64,000 nucleotides of DNA. Origin: Trichormus sp. ATA11-4-KO1 (GTDB taxonomy: Bacteria > Cyanobacteriota > Cyanobacteriia > Cyanobacteriales > Nostocaceae). The notes under the pieces were generated by a model. That model saw only the letters and a program-made list of their open reading frames with translations, made no database searches and was not told the origin of the DNA. The translations under genes and the position numbers were made by a program. Shown here one piece after another: positions 9,885 through 18,519 of this stretch (position 1 is its first letter; each line of letters opens with the position of its first letter). The DNA lies in the NCBI GenBank assembly GCA_019358915.1, contig JAHHIM010000065.1:128001-192000 (forward strand), given 5' to 3'.

Positions 9885-11036
9885 GTGATGGATTTTAGCA
9901 AACGAGCTTTTTTGAAAACAGCAATGGATTTGTCTATCGGTGCGGTAGTGAGTCCATTGGCGACAGGTGCAGCCGAAGTTGTTGATTATACTCCTAAGAA
10001 CAGCAAGAACGTCGTCAAGAAAATAGCAATTGAAGAGGCCTTTGCAACGCCGGAATTATTTGCTGAGTGGCAAAAACTTCTCGCTACTAATGCGGAAAAT
10101 GAACCAGGATTCCGCAAATTATATGCACCGTTTCTCAGTAGCCCCGCCACTAAAAATATACGTGACCGACTTACTGACCTGGGAGCAGGCCGGATTCGCG
10201 ACATGGATCAACATGGCATTGACATGCAGATATTGTCAATTACGTCGCCGGGTATTCAGGTGTTCAGTACAAACAAAGCAGTTGATCTGGCCAGAAAAAG
10301 TAATGATCAGCTAGCTGAATTTGTACATGCTTACCCAAATCGCTATGCTGGACTTGCAGCAGTGGCAACCCAGGCACCAGATCAAGCAGCACGCGAGTTG
10401 GAAAGGGCGGTAAAAGATTTAGGGCTAAAGGGTGCAATCATTAATTCCCACACTCAGGGTGAGTATTTGGATCAACAAAAATATTGGGTACTGTTTGAGG
10501 CAGCTCAAGCCTTGGATGTCCCAATTTATCTGCACCCCAGAACACCCTCTCCAGAGATGATCAAACCCTTTCTGGCCTATGGACTAGAAGGTGCCGGTTG
10601 GGGGTTTGCAGTTGAGACCAGTTTGCACGCGATGCGCTTAATTCTCAGTGGTTTATTTGATGAATTTCCTCAACTAAAATTTATTTTGGGTCATATGGGT
10701 GAGGGTATACCGTTCTGGCTTCCCCGCATCGATAGTCGTTTTGCTAATAAAACATGGACGGAGATGGATGCTTCTGGTCGAGTAAAACAGAGGCAAAAAA
10801 CACCAAGCGAATATTTCCTAAACAACTTTGCGATCGCCACCAGTGGTGTAAACTGGCCGCCAGCGTTGATGTTTGCACTTTCAGTACTGGGCCCCGACCG
10901 TATTTTGTTTGCCATTGACTATCCTTATGAATCCACAGCCCAAGCGGTAGCAGGAATAGATAGTGCTCCCATCAGCGATATTGATAGGAAAAAGATATAC
11001 CATCTCAACGCAGAAAAGTTGTTTAAACTGAACTAG
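9885..11036 (+). CDS. Amidohydrolase-2 family non-oxidative aromatic acid decarboxylase (LigW-like)
   Basis: IAIEEAF, LSITSPGIQ, INSHT, YLHPR, GHMGEGIPFW and FAIDYPYE match the LigW layout. N-terminal SKRAFLK extension. Confidence 0.85.
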   Translation: MMDFSKRAFLKTAMDLSIGAVVSPLATGAAEVVDYTPKNSKNVVKKIAIEEAFATPELFAEWQKLLATNAENEPGFRKLYAPFLSSPATKNIRDRLTDLGAGRIRDMDQHGIDMQILSITSPGIQVFSTNKAVDLARKSNDQLAEFVHAYPNRYAGLAAVATQAPDQAARELERAVKDLGLKGAIINSHTQGEYLDQQKYWVLFEAAQALDVPIYLHPRTPSPEMIKPFLAYGLEGAGWGFAVETSLHAMRLILSGLFDEFPQLKFILGHMGEGIPFWLPRIDSRFANKTWTEMDASGRVKQRQKTPSEYFLNNFAIATSGVNWPPALMFALSVLGPDRILFAIDYPYESTAQAVAGIDSAPISDIDRKKIYHLNAEKLFKLN

Positions 11037-11072
11037 CCGTCAATTTGTGTGGAGGGTAGGGTTATTTATTCG

Positions 11073-11190
11073 ACCACAGAGACACAGAGGAGCCACTGCG
11101 GTGGTGAGGCAGTCCGCAGAAGAGGGGGTTCCCCCCAGGAGGAACTGCCGAAAGGGTTCCCCGGCATAAAGCAAGTGGCGTGACACAGAG
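11073..11190. repeat. Nested small dispersed repeats
   Basis: GAGCCACTGCGG...GGGTTCCCCGGCATAAAGCAAGTGGCGT interrupted by GAGGCAGT...GGGGTTCCCCCC...AACTGCCG and flanked by ACACAGAG units. Confidence 0.6.
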
Positions 11191-11236
11191 TAAAGAGGCA
11201 ATTTTTACCTACTTTTCATTGAGTTCTGTGCTATCT

Positions 11237-12388
11237 ATGAAAGAACTTCAAAACATACTGGCAGCTTTTAAGCAAGCTCAACAGCAAGGTCACCTGACAG
11301 CCTTAGCTACTGTTGTGAAAACTAGCGGCTCCGTTTATCGTCGCCCTGGTGCGCGGATGCTGCTGACTGAATTTGGCGAAATGATTGGCTGCATCAGTGG
11401 TGGTTGCTTGGAAAGTCATGTGTTTGAACTTGCACAACCACTGATGTTTTATGGTGGCGACCCCGTTGTTATTGAATATGACACCACCGCCAGCAACGAT
11501 ATTATTTGGGGATTTGGTCTAGGTTGCAATGGTGCAGTTCAGGTACTCATTGAGCCGCTCTCTGATTCATTAGCCATCGGTCAGCTAGAATTTATCGCTG
11601 AATGCCTTTACGGGCAGCAGTCAGGGGTCATGGCTACGGTATTTTCTGTGCATGGAGAAATTAATGCTCAAGTGGGATCTCGATTGCTGCTCAAGCCAGA
11701 TTATCCAGTTATGAATAATATTCAAGATCAAGCTTTTGCTGATCGGGTTTTAGCAGACGCTTGGCAAGTACTCCCACAAGGATGCTCCCGAGTAAAATCT
11801 TACACTTTACCTGACGGGATTGTGGAAGTGTTTTTGGAAGTTATCCACCCCCTTGTGCCTTTAGTCATCTTCGGTGCAGGTCATGATGCCATTCCAGTTG
11901 TGAGCCTCGCTAAACACCAAGGTTGGCATGTTACAGTCGTAGATAACAGACCAGGCTACATAACATCTGAGCGTTTTCCCGATGCTGATCAAATTATTTT
12001 CAGCGACCCCCAAGAAATCCACAAGCACCATCTTCTCACATCACGCATGGTCGCTGTAATTATGACTCATCAATATAAAACTGATTTAGTATTGCTCAGA
12101 AATTTGTTACCATTAGCAGTGCGTTACATCGGGATATTAGGTCCAAAAAGCCGGACTCAGCAATTATTACAAGACCTAAAATCAGAGGGATTTATACCAA
12201 CTCCTGCACAACTAAAAAGTTTGTTTAGTCCTGTAGGTCTTGATATTGGAGCTGATTCACCAGAAGCAATTGCGCTCTCGATTGTGGCAGAAATTCAAGC
12301 AGTTTTAGAAAATCGCGCTGGTGGTTTGCTGAGGCAGCGATTCGGGTCAATTCATAGAAAGGATGTATCATGTCCGGTGTCGGTCTAA
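11237..12388 (+). CDS. xdhC: XdhC/CoxI family Moco-insertion chaperone
   Basis: GSVYRRPGARM, GCISGGCLE, GLGCNG, GAGHDA, YIGILGP, PVGLDIGA. Start placed at ATG 11237. Confidence 0.92.
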   Translation: MKELQNILAAFKQAQQQGHLTALATVVKTSGSVYRRPGARMLLTEFGEMIGCISGGCLESHVFELAQPLMFYGGDPVVIEYDTTASNDIIWGFGLGCNGAVQVLIEPLSDSLAIGQLEFIAECLYGQQSGVMATVFSVHGEINAQVGSRLLLKPDYPVMNNIQDQAFADRVLADAWQVLPQGCSRVKSYTLPDGIVEVFLEVIHPLVPLVIFGAGHDAIPVVSLAKHQGWHVTVVDNRPGYITSERFPDADQIIFSDPQEIHKHHLLTSRMVAVIMTHQYKTDLVLLRNLLPLAVRYIGILGPKSRTQQLLQDLKSEGFIPTPAQLKSLFSPVGLDIGADSPEAIALSIVAEIQAVLENRAGGLLRQRFGSIHRKDVSCPVSV

Positions 12389-12975
12389 TTATTCTGGCGG
12401 CTGGTGCATCCACCCGTATGGGAACACCCAAGCAACTGCTTAAATATGGTCAGCAGAGCTTAATCTATCACGTAGTTGAAGTAGCGATCGCCTCAGTTTG
12501 CCACCCAGTAATTGTTGTAATTGGGGCAGATGCTGAACGCATTAAACAAGAGATTGAACCATTACAAGTACATACTGTAGAAAATCCACTTTGGGTGGAG
12601 GGAATGAGTACTTCCATTCGTGTTGGCATGGAAACATTGAATGCAATCAACCCAGAAGCAGAAGCTGTTGTCTTGATGCTGTGTGATCAACCTTTGGTCT
12701 TTCCTCAACTTATTAATCAGTTGGTTGAGATACATCAAACTACTTTGAAGCTAATTGTTGCTTCAGAATATGCAGATATTCTAGGCGTTCCCGCTTTATT
12801 TAACCGTGTTTTATTTTCAAAACTAATTACACTCAGTGGTATGAGTGGTGCAAGACAAATAATTAAAAAGTATGCTCAGGAAGTTATTGGTATTCCCTTC
12901 CCCGCAGGTTTAATCGATTTGGATACACCAAAAGATTACGAGCAATTCCTCGGACTATCTAACTTAGGAGTTTGA
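12370..12975 (+). CDS. mocA: Molybdenum cofactor cytidylyltransferase (MocA-like nucleotidyltransferase)
   Basis: ILAAGASTRMGTPKQLL, GMSTSI, LCDQP, DLDTP; overlaps the xdhC end. Confidence 0.85.
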   Translation: MSGVGLIILAAGASTRMGTPKQLLKYGQQSLIYHVVEVAIASVCHPVIVVIGADAERIKQEIEPLQVHTVENPLWVEGMSTSIRVGMETLNAINPEAEAVVLMLCDQPLVFPQLINQLVEIHQTTLKLIVASEYADILGVPALFNRVLFSKLITLSGMSGARQIIKKYAQEVIGIPFPAGLIDLDTPKDYEQFLGLSNLGV

Positions 12976-13313
12976 GACTCAAGTACAGGGCAAAATTCCT
13001 AAGAAATAATGCTGAGTGAGGAGTAAAAAGTACAAAGGAATAAAAAGTACGGAGGATTATATTTCTTTCGCTCTTCCCGCAGGTTTACCTCCGTTGGAGA
13101 CTCACATTAAAACAGAATTTAAAAGTTATTTTGTCAGAGTCAAATTGCTATTTAAGTCAGACAAAAAGCCTAAATATATGTCTTTTTAATATGTTTTCTG
13201 TCCTTGACTTACTAGAGTTTCATGAATAAAAATAGCAGTAACAGTTAAGCAAAACACAGCTTAATTGTTCACCAAATTCATCGACTAGCAACAAATGCTA
13301 GAGGAGCTAATTT

Positions 13314-13550
13314 ATGGCAAATATCACACTTTCTGAACTACACGCTGCTGGTTCTGAATTGTTTCAAGATTCTGAAAGTTTTCTTCAAGAACTCAACGAT
13401 GTAGATTCTATCTCCGGCGGTGCAGAGGCTTACTACAACCCTGTCAGTGACATTTCCACACTGACTAAGCTAGCTGAAGCCTTTGTTATTACATACAGCG
13501 TTGAGCATATCACCTACTTAGCCAAGTCATTTAGCGTTGGTGTATATTAA
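13314..13550 (+). CDS. Double-glycine-leader peptide precursor (bacteriocin-like), isolated
   Basis: Leader MANITLSELHAAGSELFQDSESFLQELNDVDSISGG; GAGGAG RBS. Confidence 0.75.
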   Translation: MANITLSELHAAGSELFQDSESFLQELNDVDSISGGAEAYYNPVSDISTLTKLAEAFVITYSVEHITYLAKSFSVGVY

Positions 13551-13585
13551 TGACTGCTAATAGCTGTCGGTAACTAGAAGCTAAA

Positions 13586-13664
13586 TGGCTCTTCAGGGAA
13601 TAAAGGTAAAACTAATCTATGTGACGACATGAGGTTTTTTATTACTAATAAACCCTGAGAGCCA
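13586..13664 (+). terminator. Long stem-loop downstream of the peptide gene
   Basis: TGGCTCT-TCAGGG ... CCCTGA-GAGCCA inverted repeat. Confidence 0.4.
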
Positions 13665-13786
13665 GCTAAATTACACAATTTAATACCATTGCCAAAATAA
13701 GAGTATGAAGACAATACCTTCGCCAAGTTTCTTATTGCTGGCTCCTACATCTAGGATGCCATCGAACTTGCTCCTCAAATAAATTT

Positions 13787-14299
13787 TCATTCAGACACAG
13801 TAGTTGCACCAACTGCCATTACTTGAGACCATTCACTGACACGGTTACTATCTAAAACAGCACGCACTCGATAACCAAGCTGAATCTTGTGCATTAACAA
13901 GATTAAATCACGGTTGAGTAATCCTTGTGATTTTTGGTTTTCATTAGATGCAACTTGTAAACGAAAGCAGCGATCGCTTTGCCGTTTCAACTTTGGAGAT
14001 TTCCCCTCCATCAACACCGTTTGTAGTTCGTATTCTTTAGCTTCAGGATACGGTTCCCAGCAAAGTTGCCAGTAAGTTGACCAGCGAATTAAGTCTGATG
14101 GTAATTCCTCGACTTCATCCGACAATGTAGAGACAAGTCCTGTGACTGGAAGTTGTATCACCTCAGGCTGATTAGTGGAGATGTTAGCAGCTAAAGAGGA
14201 ACTTCCATCAATACTTAGTATCAGTCCGAATATCAAAGTGAACAGCACAATCAATCGTAGGCATTGTAATTGCACTAGCAATAAGATTTTCAGATTCAT
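13787..14299 (-). CDS. Hypothetical exported protein (small beta-rich domain, Cys pair)
   Basis: Hydrophobic N-terminus ending SSLA; LCWEPYPEAKEYEL ... YRVRAV ... SEWS resembles an Fn3-like strand pattern. Confidence 0.6.
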   Translation of the reverse strand: MNLKILLLVQLQCLRLIVLFTLIFGLILSIDGSSSLAANISTNQPEVIQLPVTGLVSTLSDEVEELPSDLIRWSTYWQLCWEPYPEAKEYELQTVLMEGKSPKLKRQSDRCFRLQVASNENQKSQGLLNRDLILLMHKIQLGYRVRAVLDSNRVSEWSQVMAVGATTVSE

Positions 14300-14411
14300 A
14301 ATGATGTAAAAGTCAGTTGCTTACACCTGGGATAGGTAGAATTGTTTCAGAGGTCTAGAACTGTTTGATGGTAAGGATTTTGAATCCAAAATCTAAAATC
14401 CAAAATTGGTA

Positions 14412-15710
14412 TTACCACTCCACAGGTAAAATCAGGCTGCCATTATCGGCATAGATTGTTCGAGAACGGATATGCGTTCTGGGAGCTACTGTAGAATTGA
14501 AGACTGCGCTTCTTTGCCCAACTGCTGAGTTGTTGCCGATGCTGGCGCGGAATATAACAGAATTCGGCCCTAGCCCTACGGCATCACCTATGCTAGTCTC
14601 AGGGCCATTAGCAACACCATTAACAACCTGTCTACCACCATGAATTAGAACACGTGGCCCGTAACCAACTCCATTACCAAGAGTCAAACTAGTGGTTTCT
14701 AACGCGTGAAAGACAACATCGTTTGCCATCCCAGCAATTTGGCCAACATTAAAAGGTTCTCCCTCATCAGCACGCAGCGAAATTCTACTAGCTAGTTTGT
14801 TGGTGAGTGTTGCTAAAGAATCTTGGAAAGTGATGTTGCCGATAATGCGGTTACGATAGTTTGGATCGCGAGTCGCACTTCCACCTATCTGCGGCAGACC
14901 TCCAGAGTTAAAAAAGGTGACGGGAGCATAATTAATTCCTGTTACGTTTGTCAAGTCTGCTCTAGCTAAGTCTGTATAACCTTTGGCAAATGCTTCATTG
15001 ACTTCAATGATGCCTTCCATCAATGCAACGTCGGCTTGTGTTAGGTTGACTACTTTCCCCAAAGTGCCGCTAGCAGCTTCTAGGTTAGTTGTAACGTTTT
15101 TACCAGGTAGAACAACTTTACCAGCAGGTAAGGTAACACCAGGGCCAACCCGCGCTAGAAAATTGACTACTGTGTTTCTTTCTATAGTTGCACCATCTAT
15201 TTCACAGTTGAAGGCAAGAAATGTCTCCGGAATATCATTGTTAAACTGAGTATTGGTAACTGGGTCGCTAAAAGGCCCAGTTGAGCCTTGAGTACCAATT
15301 TTGGCTGCACCTTTAACAACAGCCATGTGTGCCATAATCACACGCTCGCCAATTTGTACTCCGGTTCCCGAAGCTATGATTTTTACCTGGTCTTGAGCAT
15401 TAGAATCTGCTGCGATGCTAATAGGCGCATGAGTAGCATCTAACTCAGCAAATGGGGCAACATAGACTTTTTCGCCCAAGGTTATATTTGTGGGATTAGT
15501 GATGATTGCAGTTGGGTCAACGAAACTAGCTGACTCGGAAGGTGCAGTACTTGGGCATATAGGTAGGTTTCCCAAAGTTGGATTACACGTTACTCCAGCA
15601 GCTACTGCGGGTTTTATATATATCTGTGTACTGATGGCAAACGCTAGGATAATTGCAGTTAAGGCACTAAAATTTGTGCGAGATTTGAACATAGAAAGAA
15701 AAGTCCTCAC
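14412..15710 (-). CDS. Secreted tandem left-handed beta-helix protein, gamma-carbonic anhydrase (Cam)-like
   Basis: Signal peptide; hexapeptide repeats; Cam-like motifs FVDPTAII, AHMAVVKG, EVNEAFAKGY, LRADEG, VVFHALET, VLIHGG. Confidence 0.8.
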   Translation of the reverse strand: MRTFLSMFKSRTNFSALTAIILAFAISTQIYIKPAVAAGVTCNPTLGNLPICPSTAPSESASFVDPTAIITNPTNITLGEKVYVAPFAELDATHAPISIAADSNAQDQVKIIASGTGVQIGERVIMAHMAVVKGAAKIGTQGSTGPFSDPVTNTQFNNDIPETFLAFNCEIDGATIERNTVVNFLARVGPGVTLPAGKVVLPGKNVTTNLEAASGTLGKVVNLTQADVALMEGIIEVNEAFAKGYTDLARADLTNVTGINYAPVTFFNSGGLPQIGGSATRDPNYRNRIIGNITFQDSLATLTNKLASRISLRADEGEPFNVGQIAGMANDVVFHALETTSLTLGNGVGYGPRVLIHGGRQVVNGVANGPETSIGDAVGLGPNSVIFRASIGNNSAVGQRSAVFNSTVAPRTHIRSRTIYADNGSLILPVEW

Positions 15711-15871
15711 AGGTTATGGAATATTTAGCTATGGGAAAATCTGTGAAATATAGTTAGGCGATGTCTGGCGACAAAACTTAGAGCGTCTACGCAGGCTGAA
15801 AAATTACTAAAAAACTACACTGCAACAGCCTCTATTGAGATTCTTTTTCTGTTGAGATATGAGACAAAGAA

Positions 15872-16099
15872 TTAACCACACCAAAACCCTGCCAAGTTGA
15901 AGAATATTTGTAAGACAAGTGATAATAAAGGACTCAAAAGCGGCACTGAAATTGTCGTTGTTGCCCCAGCAACCGCATCATTGTAGACAGTCTCCCAAGC
16001 ATCTGGCCCGCTAGTGGATTGTCCATAGACTTTTGTACTTACTGCCAGCGTGAAGCCTAGCACAGTTAAAGTAGCTAGTATTGTGCGACGTTTCAACAT
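15872..16099 (-). pseudogene. Short signal-peptide-bearing ORF, probably a truncated exported protein
   Basis: MLKRRTILATLTVLGFTLAVSTKVYG signal followed by only about 50 residues. Confidence 0.4.
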
Positions 16100-16864
16100 T
16101 ATTCCTAGATACCTAATAGTTAGCCAAGTTAGTTTGACAGGGTAAATCGAAAATCTCAAACAAAAGTTTTAACCTTTCGCTTTACCTAACCTAATAACTT
16201 TCAAATTTCAGTCAATGAAAACTGAATTGCTACCCGCAGCAATTAACAGTTTATTATATGAGCATTTGCCACTTTAAACTAGAGACTTTTATATTAGTAA
16301 AAATTATATTTTTGATATAAATATTAGTTAATTTATTTTTGAGTACTTTATTTTTAGCCTGAACAATAGGAATATATAAACTATCTATCTAACGATAGAT
16401 GTTTTAGCTTTTACGTTCATAATTGGCTTCTAAAGGTTAATTTGAATAATATAAATTAGCTATTGATTAAGCTAAAGCTAATTTGATAACAGACTTTTTA
16501 TGCAGAAACATACAGGTGTTCAAGCATTGAGAATGGTGCGGTTAGCACAAGGACGTTCAATGAAACGCTCAAGATTGGAGTTAAGCACCAATCAAGTCAG
16601 AGGGTCAGTTGTAATGTCATCAATCCCTGTGCAGAAGAAAGTTCAGGCTCTTTTAACTATTCTCTTCTCTAAATCTTATGCGTTCAAGGTTACCATACGG
16701 GTGCTGTATTGTTCTCGGAAACTGGGCAATGATGCCTAGCTCAACAAACTTTTTCTATTTTTCCGGAATTGGTTAAACTCCAGTGGTATTACTTAATAGT
16801 ACAGCGATTTATACAGAACTTCTATAACTACACTTTCGGGGAATATATTCCCACTACATTGAGC

Positions 16865-16893
16865 AAAAACCCGGTCATAATGACCGGGTTTTT
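16865..16893. terminator. Bidirectional intrinsic terminator
   Basis: AAAAACCCGGTCAT-A-ATGACCGGGTTTTT perfect hairpin with A/T tails. Confidence 0.75.
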
Positions 16894-16974
16894 GACTGCG
16901 ATCGCTCTCTGTGGGAGGAAACGCTATACGCACATTTTTGAGTAGATTAGCATTAGATTATCTTAAGGACAGTT

Positions 16975-17781
16975 ATGACTTCTGAAGATTTAGTGCTAGT
17001 TGCTGGTGCTACTGGCGGAGTAGGTCAACTTGTGGTGGCAAAGTTGCTGGAAAAGGGTTTGAAAGTTCGTACCCTCACACGCAACGCAGCCAAAGCCACA
17101 GAAATGTTTAATGACAAAGTGGAAATTGCTGTCGGTGACATCCGCGATGTGACTACACTACCCGCAGCTATGCAGAATGTCACTCATATCATCTGTTGTA
17201 CTGGCACTACTGCTTTTCCCTCTGCTAGATGGGAGTTTGACCCAAAACCTAATTTGATGGAATGGGGAAAGATTTTCTTTGACCCTGCATATAGAAATGC
17301 CAAGGCAAAAAATACCCCTGCAAAAGTAGATGCTCAAGGTGTTAGCAACTTAATAGCAACAGCACCATCTCATCTGAAGCGGTTCGTTTTCGTCTCCTCT
17401 TGTGGAGTTCTGCACAAAGATGAATTTCCTTATAAAATTCTCAATGCCTTTGGTGTGCTTGATGCTAAACAGCAGGGTGAAGTAGCCATCATTGACTCGG
17501 GATTGCCCTACACTATTATTCGTCCAGGGCGTTTGATTGACGGGCCTTATACTTCATATGACCTCAATACCTTACTACAGGCAAAAACGGGGGGTAAGCT
17601 GGATGTGGTATTGGGTACGGGTGACACATTATCAGGTGATGCTAGCCGGATTGATGTAGCAGCAGCTTGTGTAGAATCGATTTTTCACCCAGCAACTCAA
17701 AAGCAAACTTTTGAGTTGGTAAATAAGGGAGTAAGACCACCTGTAATGGACTGGGAGACACTTTTTGCCCAGCTAGCATAG
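16975..17781 (+). CDS. Atypical SDR / NAD(P)H-binding oxidoreductase
   Basis: VLVAGATGGVG Rossmann motif, YTIIRPG, SRIDVA. Confidence 0.9.
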   Translation: MTSEDLVLVAGATGGVGQLVVAKLLEKGLKVRTLTRNAAKATEMFNDKVEIAVGDIRDVTTLPAAMQNVTHIICCTGTTAFPSARWEFDPKPNLMEWGKIFFDPAYRNAKAKNTPAKVDAQGVSNLIATAPSHLKRFVFVSSCGVLHKDEFPYKILNAFGVLDAKQQGEVAIIDSGLPYTIIRPGRLIDGPYTSYDLNTLLQAKTGGKLDVVLGTGDTLSGDASRIDVAAACVESIFHPATQKQTFELVNKGVRPPVMDWETLFAQLA

Positions 17782-18099
17782 CTATGACACCTGATCCTTC
17801 AAAGGTGTACTTAAGCTATTGTCCCGCAATTTCACCCAAACAAAGCAGGGAATTGCCAGTAGCTGTGTTGTACCAGAAAAAATAACTAATGCAGTGATAG
17901 AGCGATCATACAAAATACCCATGAAAGCGCTACCTAAAAACCATGATAAACCATAGCCAGTGCTGAAAATGCCGTAAGCTGTGGCACGTTTATTTTTTGG
18001 TACCATCCCAGCGATCGCGGCTTTGAGAACTGATTCTTGCGCTCCCATGCCAACACCCCAAAATGCCATGCCTAAAAGAGCGAGATGGGTATCTCCTAG
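17782..18099 (-). pseudogene. C-terminal fragment of an MFS transporter
   Basis: LGDTHLALLGMAFWGVGMGAQESVLKAAIAGMVPKNKRATAYGIF... covers only the last TM helices; repeat DNA lies immediately upstream. Confidence 0.75.
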
Positions 18100-18143
18100 A
18101 GTGGGGTGTAGTTATCAGTAGCCATCATGAACACATAAAAACT

Positions 18144-18205
18144 CTTTGTGTCTTGGTGTCTTAGTGGTTCAAGATTTTTTACCACCAAGGCACAAAGACA
18201 CTAAG
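18144..18205. repeat. Inverted array of 9-nt short repeats
   Basis: CTTTGTGTCTTGGTGTCTTAGTGG ... CCACCAAGGCACAAAGACACTAAG. Confidence 0.6.
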
Positions 18206-18519
18206 TTTTTTTAAGTCAGTTATTCAATCAAAATTTATAGCAATTCTTTATAAATAAGCAGAATTGAAATTTTGTGCTAAAATCCTCGGATGGTTTGCAA
18301 AGTCCGCCCCATTTGGGTTAATTCCTAAATGGGGCGGTGTTTCTTGTTAGTAACCGTCGCACGGATGAAAACGGGGCTAGAGGCTGGTATTCTTACTCAG
18401 TACTTGATTGGTTTGCTGAGTATGGCCAAAGATTACAGATGGAGAAATCCGTAAATGAGGTGATTTTTACATTGGTTGTATAGTATTTTTGGTGCAAGTC
18501 TGTCTTAAGAGATCATCCG

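Noticed and set aside
16500..16739. 79-aa + strand ORF and interrupted frames on the minus strand
   Set aside because: No recognisable motif or RBS; may be a decayed gene but I cannot assign it.
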